The position numbers and the translations under genes were made by a program. A stretch of 64,000 nucleotides of DNA from NCBI GenBank assembly GCA_026003995.1, contig BPIG01000001.1:505444-569443 (forward strand). The letters are read 5' to 3'. Below, in pieces: positions 1-9,251 of this stretch. The DNA comes from Tepidiforma sp. (GTDB taxonomy: Bacteria > Chloroflexota > Dehalococcoidia > Tepidiformales > Tepidiformaceae). The stretch's first letter is position 1; each line of letters opens with the position of its first letter. The notes under the pieces are model-generated. The model worked only from the letters and a program-made list of their open reading frames with translations. It searched no databases and was not told where the DNA came from.

Positions 1-796
1 CGTTGGCAGCGTCGCGGATGGCAGGACTGAACTGGATGACCGGGTCCGGGCCCGCGCCAGTCGCTGCCCAGCTCGCTTCGACGATGTCGCAGATGAGGGC
101 ATCGAGGCGCTCGCCGTGGCTTCGGCCGAGCAGGCGCTGCGTGCTGTCGGGCAGGTCGGCTTCGGTGATGATGCCGGCGCGGATGGCGTCGAGGATGTCG
201 TGGTTCAGGTAGGCGATGGCGTCGGCGGTCTTGACGACCTGGCCTTCGAGGGTGACCGGCACGCCCCAGCCCTCGGCGAAGATGTCTTCGCGGGCTTTCG
301 AGCTCTTTTCGATGGCGTCGAGCACTTCGAAGGTGAGGTTGAGGCCGCGGCCGCCGTTTTCGAGCCGGTCGAGGACGCGGACGGACTGGTAGTTGTGGCG
401 GAAGCCCTCGGGGAGACACTCAGCGAGCGCCTCTTCGCCGGCGTGGCCGAAGGGCCCGTGGCCGATGTCGTGGCCGAGCGCGGCGGCCTCGGCGAGGTCT
501 TCGTTGAGGTTGAGGGCGCGGGCGATCGTCCGGGCAACCTGGGCGACTTCGAGGGTGTGGGTGAGCCGGGTGACGAAGTGGTCCTGCTGGGGCGCGATGA
601 AGACCTGGGTCTTGTGCTTCAGCCGGCGGAAGGCTTTCGTGTGGAGGATGCGGTCGCGGTCGCGCTGGTACTCGGTCCGGAGCGGCGACGGCGCCTCGGG
701 CCGCTTGCGGCCGCGGCTGGTCGCGGTGCGCGCGGCGTAGGGGCTGAGGGAGGCCTCTGCTGCCTCGAGCCGGCGCCGCACCACGTTCAGGTCCAT
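1..796 (-). CDS. dgt: dGTPase-like HD-domain triphosphohydrolase (partial, C-terminus outside window)
   Basis: Not in the supplied ORF track because it runs off the window edge. Reverse complement from ATG at 796 reads MDLNVVRRRLEAAEASLSPYAARTATSRGRKRPEAPSPLRTEYQRDRDRILHTKAFRRLKHKTQVFIAPQQDHFVTRLTHTLEVAQVARTIARALNLNEDLAEAAALGHDIGHGPFGH..., the HD signature of dGTP triphosphohydrolase-like proteins, and stays open to base 1. Listed + ORF 116..811 is its antisense shadow. Confidence 0.85.
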   Translation of the reverse strand, partial: MDLNVVRRRLEAAEASLSPYAARTATSRGRKRPEAPSPLRTEYQRDRDRILHTKAFRRLKHKTQVFIAPQQDHFVTRLTHTLEVAQVARTIARALNLNEDLAEAAALGHDIGHGPFGHAGEEALAECLPEGFRHNYQSVRVLDRLENGGRGLNLTFEVLDAIEKSSKAREDIFAEGWGVPVTLEGQVVKTADAIAYLNHDILDAIRAGIITEADLPDSTQRLLGRSHGERLDALICDIVEASWAATGAGPDPVIQFSPAIRDAAN

Positions 797-889
797 CGAC
801 CCGGATTGTAGTACCGCAGACCGGCTCGGCCGAATGCAGCGCGGCCCCGGCGATGGCGCCAGGGCCGCTGAACGTGCTGCCGGGGGAGG

Positions 890-3196
890 CTAGTGTGCCG
901 GTGCGCGGCCCAGCTTCGCCTCCGCGTTCGCGATGATTTCGCGGGTCTGGTCGATCATGTCCGGGCTCACGCTGACGCTCGTGATTCCCCACTCGACGAG
1001 CTTCTCCGTGACCTCAGGGTAGACGCTCGGCGCCTGCCCGCAGATGGACGCGGTGATGCCGCGGCGGCGCGCCACGGTGACGGCGGTCTGGATCGCCGCC
1101 ATCACGGCCTCGTTCCGCTCGTCGAAGGTGTCCGCGAGGGCTTCGCTGTCGCGGTCGATGCCGAGCACGAGCTGCGTCAGGTCGTTCGACCCGATGGAGA
1201 TGCCGTCGATCCCGACGTCGATGAAGCGGTCGAGGATGATGACGTTCGAGGGAACCTCGACCATCATCCAGAGCTTGAAATCGTCGCCGCGGACGAGGCC
1301 CTGCTCGCTCATCAGCTGCTTGACGCCGCGGAGCTCATCCGGGGTGCGGACGAAGGGGACCATGACGTAGAGGTTCTTGAACTCGCGGCGGACGCCTTTG
1401 ATGGCTTCGAGTTCGAGCTGGAAGATGTCGGGCTCGCGGAGGTAGCGGCTGGCACCGCGGTAGCCGATCATCGGGTTTTCTTCGGCCGGCTCGAACTTCG
1501 CGCCGCCTTCGAGGTTGGCATACTCGTTGGTCTTGAAGTCGGTGAGGCGGTAGACGACGGGCCGGGGATTGAAGGCGCGGCAGAACTCCTTGATGCCTTC
1601 TTCGAGGCGGCGGGTGTACTCCTCGGGGTGCCCTTCCTCGATGAACTGGCGCGGGTGCTTGCCGATCTGGGCGACGATGAACTCGGCGCGGAGGAGGCCG
1701 ACGCCGTCGACGTGCCGCTTCGCGACCACCTCGGCGAGCTCGGGCTCAGCGAGATTGACGTACAGCTTCGTGGTCGTCTTGAGGGAGGCCGACCGCGCGT
1801 AGCGCTCCTTCTGGCGCTCGTACCAGGCGAGCCGGGCCTCGGCGCGGCCGTCGTAAATGCGGCCGGCCGAGCCGTCGACCGTGACTTCGCGGCCGACCTC
1901 GAGCGATGTAGCGCCGGCGACGCCGACGACGCACGGGATGCCGAGTTCGCGGCTGACGATGGCAGCGTGGCAGGTGCGGCCGCCCCGCTCCGTGACGATG
2001 GCGGCGGCGCGCTTCATCGCCGGGACGAAGTCGGGTGTCGTCATCTCGGCAACGAGGACATCGCCCTGCTTGACGATGTCGATTTCGCGCGGGTCGTGGA
2101 CGATGCGGACCGCGCCGACGCCGACGCCGGGCGATGCGGGCTGGCCGGTGAGGAGGACGGGCGCGGTTTCCTCCTCGCCCTCCTCGTCGTGGAACTCGTG
2201 CTTGAGCGTCGTAACGGGGCGGGCCTGGACGAGGTAGAACTGGCCTTTCTCGTAGGCCCATTCGATGTCCTGCGGGGCGCCGTAATGCTCCTCGACGGCG
2301 CGCCCGATGCGGGCGAGCTCACGGATTTCGGCGTCGGTGAGCTTCTGCTGCTCGCGCAGGTGCTCCGGCACGGGCAGCCAGGCGTTCGCCGCTTCGTGGC
2401 TGCCGTCGGCGTCGGGCCGCCGGGCGATCATGCGGTCCTGCGGTGTGACCGTCTTGGAGATGATCTGGAGCGACTCCTTCGCGACCAGGTAGAGGTCGGG
2501 CGAGATTTCGCCGGAGACGATGCCTTCGCCGAGCCCGTAGACGGCTTCGATGGTGATGCGGGTCCGGTCGGAGGTCACCGGCTCGACGGTGAACATCACG
2601 CCGGAGATTTCCGACTGCACCATGCGCTGCACGGGGACGGCGAGGCCGACCTTCGTGTGGTCGTAGCCGGATTCTTCGCGGTAGAAGATGGCGCGGGCTT
2701 CGAAGAGCGAGGCCCAGCAGGCCTGGACGGCCCGGACGACGTTGTCGGCGCCGACGACGTTGAGGAACGTGCTCTGCTGGCCGGCGAAGCTCGCTTCGGG
2801 GAGGTCCTCCGCAGTGGCCGAGCTGCGGACGGCGACGGGGCCTTCGCCGAGTTCGCGGTAGGCGGCGCGGATTTCGTCGGCGATGTGGGCCGGCATCGGC
2901 GCTTCCATGATGCGGCGGCGGATGTTCTCGGCGCGCTCGTTCAGGAGCTTCGTATCGTGCACGTCGAGCCCGAAGAGCTCCTTCCGGATGACCGGCTCGA
3001 GCCCGTTCTGCTGGATGAAGCGGAAGTAGGTATCCGCGGTGACGACGAAGCCGGGCGGGACCGGGATGGAGGCCCGGGTCAACTCACCGAGATTGGCGCC
3101 CTTGCCACCGACGAGGCCGATATCCTCGCGGCCTACCTCGGAGAACCAAACGACGGAACGAGTGACGCTTACCAATCTGTCTATACCTCCGCGCAT
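890..3196 (-). CDS. ppsA: phosphoenolpyruvate synthase (pyruvate, water dikinase)
   Basis: 768-aa ORF. It has the N-terminal ATP-grasp region (VGGKGANLGE), the swivel phosphohistidine motif (GGRTCHAAIVSRELGIPCVVG) and the C-terminal PEP-utilising barrel (GSNDLTQL). An alternative TTG start at 3175 is preceded by GGAGG. Confidence 0.93.
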   Translation of the reverse strand: MRGGIDRLVSVTRSVVWFSEVGREDIGLVGGKGANLGELTRASIPVPPGFVVTADTYFRFIQQNGLEPVIRKELFGLDVHDTKLLNERAENIRRRIMEAPMPAHIADEIRAAYRELGEGPVAVRSSATAEDLPEASFAGQQSTFLNVVGADNVVRAVQACWASLFEARAIFYREESGYDHTKVGLAVPVQRMVQSEISGVMFTVEPVTSDRTRITIEAVYGLGEGIVSGEISPDLYLVAKESLQIISKTVTPQDRMIARRPDADGSHEAANAWLPVPEHLREQQKLTDAEIRELARIGRAVEEHYGAPQDIEWAYEKGQFYLVQARPVTTLKHEFHDEEGEEETAPVLLTGQPASPGVGVGAVRIVHDPREIDIVKQGDVLVAEMTTPDFVPAMKRAAAIVTERGGRTCHAAIVSRELGIPCVVGVAGATSLEVGREVTVDGSAGRIYDGRAEARLAWYERQKERYARSASLKTTTKLYVNLAEPELAEVVAKRHVDGVGLLRAEFIVAQIGKHPRQFIEEGHPEEYTRRLEEGIKEFCRAFNPRPVVYRLTDFKTNEYANLEGGAKFEPAEENPMIGYRGASRYLREPDIFQLELEAIKGVRREFKNLYVMVPFVRTPDELRGVKQLMSEQGLVRGDDFKLWMMVEVPSNVIILDRFIDVGIDGISIGSNDLTQLVLGIDRDSEALADTFDERNEAVMAAIQTAVTVARRRGITASICGQAPSVYPEVTEKLVEWGITSVSVSPDMIDQTREIIANAEAKLGRAPAH

Positions 3197-3299
3197 CGCG
3201 CATAGTGCAGACCGATGGCTTCGGTCGCACGATTATAGGCCGATGGCCGGCGATTGCACGGCCGGCCAATCGGCCGCTTGTGGCTGGCTGGACGGCCGC

Positions 3300-5139
<1,840 letters not shown>

Positions 5140-5274
5140 GGTGAACGATGCTCCTTCCCGGCAGGCATCCCTGCCGCAGGGGGCACGCAGCACCGGCTTT
5201 CGGCACCGGCGGAGCGGTGCGGTCGAGCGGTGGAGTCAGACTGGAGCAAGGGAGAACGGGTGGGGAACCCGTGC

Positions 5275-5413
5275 ACGGGGCGCGCTTTTGTCACCCGGTT
5301 GCCCGGCGTGGTTTGTGCGTCGCCTGCGGCTGTGCAGCCGGGGGGCCATCCGCCGAATGGTTCGATACTGCCCCCGCCTCGTCATCCGCGCGTGGCGCGC
5401 GGACCTGGCGCTT
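5275..5413 (-). ncRNA. glmS ribozyme: glmS ribozyme (GlcN6P-dependent self-cleaving riboswitch) in the glmS leader
   Basis: Minus-strand RNA reads A/GCGCCAGGUCCGCGCGCCACGCGCGGAUGACGAGGCGGGGGCAGUAUCGAACCAUUCGGCGGAUGGCCCCCCGGCUGCACAGCCGCAGGCGACGCACAAACCACGCCGGGCAACCGGGUGACAAAAGCGCGCC. It matches conserved blocks of Bacillus-type glmS ribozymes: the A/GCGCC cleavage site, GACGAGG, UAUCGAA..UUCGGCGGAUGCC..CCCGGCUG, and AAACCA...GGGUGAC...AAAG. The 3' boundary is approximate. Confidence 0.85.
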
Positions 5414-5519
5414 CTGGTTTGCTGCTCCCTGCGTGCCGAGGACGAACCTGATGTTTCGGTTTCCCGTGCACCTCCTGTCGCGGGGGTCGGGTCGAGTGTC
5501 CGGTGAAGCGGGCGGCCCG

Positions 5520-5825
5520 TCAACTTTCGGCGCGGGGGATGCCGGCGAACCCGAGGAAGTCATCCTCCCATTCGAGGACCGCGCGGATGACGCGGGCATC
5601 GACGGGGTAAGGCCGCGCGACGATGCCGCGGCGGTCGAACTCCTCCGCGAGCGCGCTGGCGATGACGTCGAGCGGCGCGGTGTGGAGGCCGAGTTCGCGC
5701 TCGGTTTCGAGGATGAGTTCGATGAGTTCGCCCTGGAGCTGGATGCCCTCGTCCTGGAGCTGCTCCCAGACCCATTCGGCGCACTCGGTGAACAGCTGAC
5801 CCTGGAGACGCCCGGTGAGCGGCAC
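5520..5825 (-). CDS. hypothetical small acidic protein (101 aa)
   Basis: ORF with coding-like composition (not Arg/Pro-rich junk), co-directional with and 28 nt downstream of nfo. No family recognised. Confidence 0.55.
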   Translation of the reverse strand: MPLTGRLQGQLFTECAEWVWEQLQDEGIQLQGELIELILETERELGLHTAPLDVIASALAEEFDRRGIVARPYPVDARVIRAVLEWEDDFLGFAGIPRAES

Positions 5826-5852
5826 GGCGCACGTCCTCGTTTTCGGTTTTCA

Positions 5853-6761
5853 TTAGGCTTCAGCTGCCCGCCGGATACGGTCAAGCGGCGGGAGCTTGGG
5901 TGCCGGCAGGCCCGCCGCCGAGCGGAGGCGCTTGAGCCGCTGCACGTTCTTCCGGTCGGGTCCGTCGCCTTCGAACCCGGGCACCTCGAGCAGGAACGGC
6001 ACCTCGGCGAAGGCAGGGTGGCCGATGATGGTGCGAAAACCTTCCAGCCCAAGGTGGCCTTCGCCGATGTTCTCGTGGCGGTCGCGGAAGGTGCCGATGG
6101 GCAGCTTCGTATCGTTCGCGTGGACCGCGACGAGGCGGCTGAGCCCGAGCTCGCGGTCGAACTCCTCGAGCGCCGCCTCGAGCCCGGCGGGCGTCGCGAT
6201 GTCGTAGCCCATCGCGTAGGCGTGGCAGGTGTCGAGGCAGATGCCGGCGCGCGGCGGGCTGCCCATCGCCCGGATGATGGCGCCGAGCTCGCCGAACTTG
6301 CCGCCGATGCAGTTCCCCTGGCCGGCGTTGTTCTCGAGGATGAGGAGCGCCGGGTTGGCGGGGTCATCCTCGAGGACGGCGGTCAGCATCCCGGCGATGC
6401 GCTCGACCATCGCCCCATCGAAGCCGGCGCCGAGGTGGCTGCCGACGTGGAAGATGGTGCCGACGATGCCCATCCGGCCGGCGCAGCGGTGGTAGGCGAG
6501 GAGGGAGGCATGCGATTTTTCGAGGACTGCCGGGTCCTGGCTGCCAAAGTTCATCAGGTAGACGCCGTGGAAGAAGACCGGCATGGCGGCCGCCTCACGC
6601 ACGCGGTTGAAGCGAGCGACCTGCTCGTCCGTGAGTGCCGGGAGCTTCCACTGCTGGGGGGCGCTGATGAACAGCTGGACGGCCTCGGCGCCGATGGCGC
6701 GCGCCCGTTCGAAGACGAGGTGCGGCCCGCCTGCGCTGGAGACGTGCGCGCCGATTCTCAC
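5853..6761 (-). CDS. nfo: endonuclease IV (deoxyribonuclease IV, AP endonuclease family 2)
   Basis: 302 aa. MRIGAHVS start, metal-ligand motifs HGVYLMN, HVGSH, ILENNAGQG, CLDTCHAYA, VHANDTK and EGHLG are typical of Nfo TIM-barrel AP endonucleases. Confidence 0.9.
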   Translation of the reverse strand: MRIGAHVSSAGGPHLVFERARAIGAEAVQLFISAPQQWKLPALTDEQVARFNRVREAAAMPVFFHGVYLMNFGSQDPAVLEKSHASLLAYHRCAGRMGIVGTIFHVGSHLGAGFDGAMVERIAGMLTAVLEDDPANPALLILENNAGQGNCIGGKFGELGAIIRAMGSPPRAGICLDTCHAYAMGYDIATPAGLEAALEEFDRELGLSRLVAVHANDTKLPIGTFRDRHENIGEGHLGLEGFRTIIGHPAFAEVPFLLEVPGFEGDGPDRKNVQRLKRLRSAAGLPAPKLPPLDRIRRAAEA

Positions 6762-7375
6762 GGGGCGGCCTCCGCGGGGCGGGCGAACCCGGAGATGGCA
6801 GGCAGCGGCCCGACCTTGCCCCGCCGCAGGTCCTCGACTGCGAAGCCGGCGGCCTCGATGCTCTGGAGGGTGTCGCGGTTCGGGTGGCAGCCGCCGCCAA
6901 CGCGGGACCAGAGCGGCGTAATCAGACCGAGCGCGAGGCGGCCGGCCTTCCCGCGGGCATTGACGTGCTCCCAGAAGATCAGCCGGCCGCCGGGCTTCAG
7001 GACGCGGCGAATTTCGCGGAGGGCAGCGGCCGGGTCGGGGATGGTGCAGAGCACGAGCGTGCCGATGACCGTGTCAAAGCTCGCATCGGGGAAGTCGAGC
7101 GCCTGTGCGTCGCCGTCGCGCAGGTCGAGCTCACGGCCCGGCGGACGGTGGCGTTCGGCGCGCTCGCGCATGTAGGGGTCGGGTTCGATGCCGACGTAGT
7201 CGACGTCAGCCGGCAGGTGGGGCCAGTTGGAGCCGACGCCGTAGCCGATTTCGAGCACGCGGCCGGTTGCCTGGCCGGCGAGGCGGGCGCGCAGGCGGCG
7301 CTCCCGGGCGCTCTCGTGCCGGGAAAGCCAGTCCCAGGCGGCGGCGAAACGGCGGTGTCCGGCAGATGACGGCAT
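6758..7375 (-). CDS. class I SAM-dependent methyltransferase (Methyltransf_11-like)
   Basis: 205 aa. SAM motif I VLEIGYGVGSN, acidic DLRDGDAQALDF, post-I LKPGGRLIFWEH. Stop overlaps the nfo start by 4 nt. Confidence 0.8.
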   Translation of the reverse strand: MPSSAGHRRFAAAWDWLSRHESARERRLRARLAGQATGRVLEIGYGVGSNWPHLPADVDYVGIEPDPYMRERAERHRPPGRELDLRDGDAQALDFPDASFDTVIGTLVLCTIPDPAAALREIRRVLKPGGRLIFWEHVNARGKAGRLALGLITPLWSRVGGGCHPNRDTLQSIEAAGFAVEDLRRGKVGPLPAISGFARPAEAAP

Positions 7376-7452
7376 CGGGGGCGTTCCTCGGGTTCGTTGA
7401 CAGGATGGTGCGGCCTCACCAAGATCCCGCGCAACCGGGGAGGGGAGCAGGG

Positions 7453-8655
7453 ATGTTTCCGAACGCGCCGCACACCGGGCTGCCGCTGTCCGGGCTGGTC
7501 GTGCTCGATTGCACGATCTGGCAGCAGGGCACGTACGCGACGGCGATGCTCGCCGACTTCGGGGCTGACGTCATCAAAATCGAAGGCCCGGATGCCCCGG
7601 ACCCGGGCCGCGGCCTGAGCGATGCCTACTTCGAAAGTCACAACCGGAACAAGCGGGGCATCGTGGTCGACCTCAAGCACCCGGACGGCCGGGAGACCGT
7701 GCTGCGGCTGGCGGAGCAGGCGGACGTGTTCGTGCAGAACATGCGGCAGGGTGTGATGGAGCGGCTGGGGCTCGGGTACGACGACCTGCGGGCGCGCAAC
7801 CCCGCCATCATCTACGCGACGGCGAGCGGGTACGGGTCGAAGGGTCCGCACGCCCGCTGGCCGGCGATGGACATCCTCGGCCAGGCGCGCGGCGGGACGA
7901 TGATGATGCAGGGGCCGCCCGACCAGCCGCCGGTGTTCTCGTTCGGCGGGATGGCGGACCAGGTCGGGGCCATTTCGCTGAGTTACGGCATCCTGCTCGC
8001 GCTCATCCACCGGGCGCGGACCGGCGAAGGGCAGCAGGTTGAGGCGTCGCTGCTGGGCGGGCAGGTGATGCTCCAGTCGTTCAACATCACGGGGACGCTG
8101 TTCACCGGGCAGGTGCCGCCGCGGCGGGCGCGGGAGGATGCCGCGCCGCTCTGGAACGTCTACCGCTGCCGCGACGGCGGCTGGATAGCGCTGAGCATGG
8201 CCCAGCTGAGCCGCTGGTGGGCGCCGTTTTGCGAGGCGCTGGGCCGGCCCGACCTGCGCGACGACCCCCGGTTCAACGCCCTCCCGGCCCATATGGAGCA
8301 CCGGGGGGAGCTCATCGCCGAGCTGGACCGCATCTTCGCGGAGCGTGACCAGTGGGAGTGGGTGGAGTACCTCTGCGGGCAGGGGCTGCCGGTCGCCCCG
8401 GTGCAGGACTATGCCCAGCTGATTCGCGACCCGCAGGTGGTGGCGAACGGCTACATCGCGGAGTACGACCACCGCTCCGGGGAGCGCCGCAGGATGGTTG
8501 GGCCCGCGGTCCAGCTTGGCGCGACGCCCGGGTCGATTCGCCGGGGCGCGCCGGAATTCGATGAGCACACCGAAGAGGTGCTGCTCGAGTTCGGGTTCGG
8601 CTGGGACGAAGTCGAACGACTGCGGAGCGCGGGCGCTATCGGGTCGCGCGGCTGA
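7453..8655 (+). CDS. CoA-transferase family III (CaiB/BaiF-type acyl-CoA transferase)
   Basis: Start moved to ATG 7453, which follows GGGGAGGGGAGCAGGG; the 5' part of the listed ORF 7105.. is Arg-rich junk overlapping the divergent gene. LSGLVVLDCTIWQQGTYATAMLADFGADVIKIE... and NRNKRGIVVDLK are typical of family III CoA-transferases. Confidence 0.85.
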   Translation: MFPNAPHTGLPLSGLVVLDCTIWQQGTYATAMLADFGADVIKIEGPDAPDPGRGLSDAYFESHNRNKRGIVVDLKHPDGRETVLRLAEQADVFVQNMRQGVMERLGLGYDDLRARNPAIIYATASGYGSKGPHARWPAMDILGQARGGTMMMQGPPDQPPVFSFGGMADQVGAISLSYGILLALIHRARTGEGQQVEASLLGGQVMLQSFNITGTLFTGQVPPRRAREDAAPLWNVYRCRDGGWIALSMAQLSRWWAPFCEALGRPDLRDDPRFNALPAHMEHRGELIAELDRIFAERDQWEWVEYLCGQGLPVAPVQDYAQLIRDPQVVANGYIAEYDHRSGERRRMVGPAVQLGATPGSIRRGAPEFDEHTEEVLLEFGFGWDEVERLRSAGAIGSRG

Positions 8656-8658
8656 CGG

Positions 8659-8702
8659 TTGACATCCGCCGACCGCTCCTTGAGGATAGGGGGGTACCCT
8701 AT
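8659..8702 (+). promoter_or_regulatory. candidate csoR-copZA promoter (TTGACA) with G/C-tract pseudo-palindromic CsoR-type operator
   Basis: Perfect TTGACA at 8659-8664. ATAGGGGGGTACCCTAT at 8686-8702 has ATAGGG/CCCTAT arms around a GGGTACCC palindrome. It overlaps the expected -10 region and lies 10 nt upstream of the csoR start. Confidence 0.5.
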
Positions 8703-8712
8703 TGGAGGTTCG

Positions 8713-8988
8713 ATGACCCCGGAAGTCCGACGCCAGGCGCTGCGCCGCATCAAGATCATTACCGGGCAGGTGGCTGCGCTCGAGATGCAGCTCCAAGAGG
8801 ACCGCTACTGCATGGACATCCTCGACCTCTCGCTTTCCATCCAGCGCGCCCTCCGGAGCCTGGATGCGCTCGTGCTGGATGGCCATCTCAAGACGCATGT
8901 GGTCGAGATGATGAAAGGCGGCGAGGAAGAGAAGGCGATTGCTGAATTGCAGCGGCTGTACCGGACCCAGGGGCCCAGCGAACCCTGA
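8713..8988 (+). CDS. csoR: CsoR/RcnR-family metal-sensing transcriptional repressor (copper-sensing CsoR type)
   Basis: MTPEVRRQALRRIKIITGQVAALEMQLQEDRYCMDILDLSLSIQRALRSLDALVLDGHLKTHV is the DUF156 helical bundle with C-H-C type ligands (C in YCMDIL, H in LKTH). RBS GGAGG precedes ATG 8713. Sits directly upstream of copZ-copA. Confidence 0.88.
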   Translation: MTPEVRRQALRRIKIITGQVAALEMQLQEDRYCMDILDLSLSIQRALRSLDALVLDGHLKTHVVEMMKGGEEEKAIAELQRLYRTQGPSEP

Positions 8989-9014
8989 CTACAACGAAAA
9001 GAAGGAGCGTCATC

Positions 9015-9224
9015 ATGGCCCAGGTCATCGAACTCAGCATCACGGGGATGACGTGCGACCACTGCGTGAATGCCGTCACGGCAGCCCTGAAGGCCGTTCC
9101 CGGCGTGAGCGACGCGGTCGTCAGCCTCGCCGAGAAGTCGGCGAAGGTCACGGGTGAAGGCCTCGACGCCGCGAAGCTCATCGAAGCGGTCAAAGAAGAG
9201 GGGTACGACGCCGCGGCCCGCTGA
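9015..9224 (+). CDS. copZ: copper chaperone, heavy-metal-associated domain
   Basis: 69 aa with GMTCDHC metal-binding loop and a ferredoxin-like HMA fold pattern. Confidence 0.9.
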   Translation: MAQVIELSITGMTCDHCVNAVTAALKAVPGVSDAVVSLAEKSAKVTGEGLDAAKLIEAVKEEGYDAAAR

Positions 9225-9251
9225 CGGGCCAGCGCTGCAGGAGGCCCGGCC

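Noticed and set aside
893-3205. 770-aa + strand ORF exactly opposite ppsA. There are similar giant mirror ORFs opposite gltB (27651..32279, 1542 aa), leuS (56935..59262), dxs (22594..24411), copA (9891..11921) and many others.
   Set aside because: Their products are low-complexity Asp/Glu/Gly/Ala/Val/Arg strings with no motifs. They arise because the antisense of GC3-rich codons rarely contains stop codons. In every case the opposite strand carries a full-length, motif-perfect housekeeping protein.
3181-3299. The 3' extension of the listed glmS ORF, which overlaps the ppsA start.
   Set aside because: It is a read-through product of the frameshift (Arg/Pro-rich, non-family sequence). The authentic GlmS C-terminus ...NLAKTVTVE* ends at 3300 in another frame.
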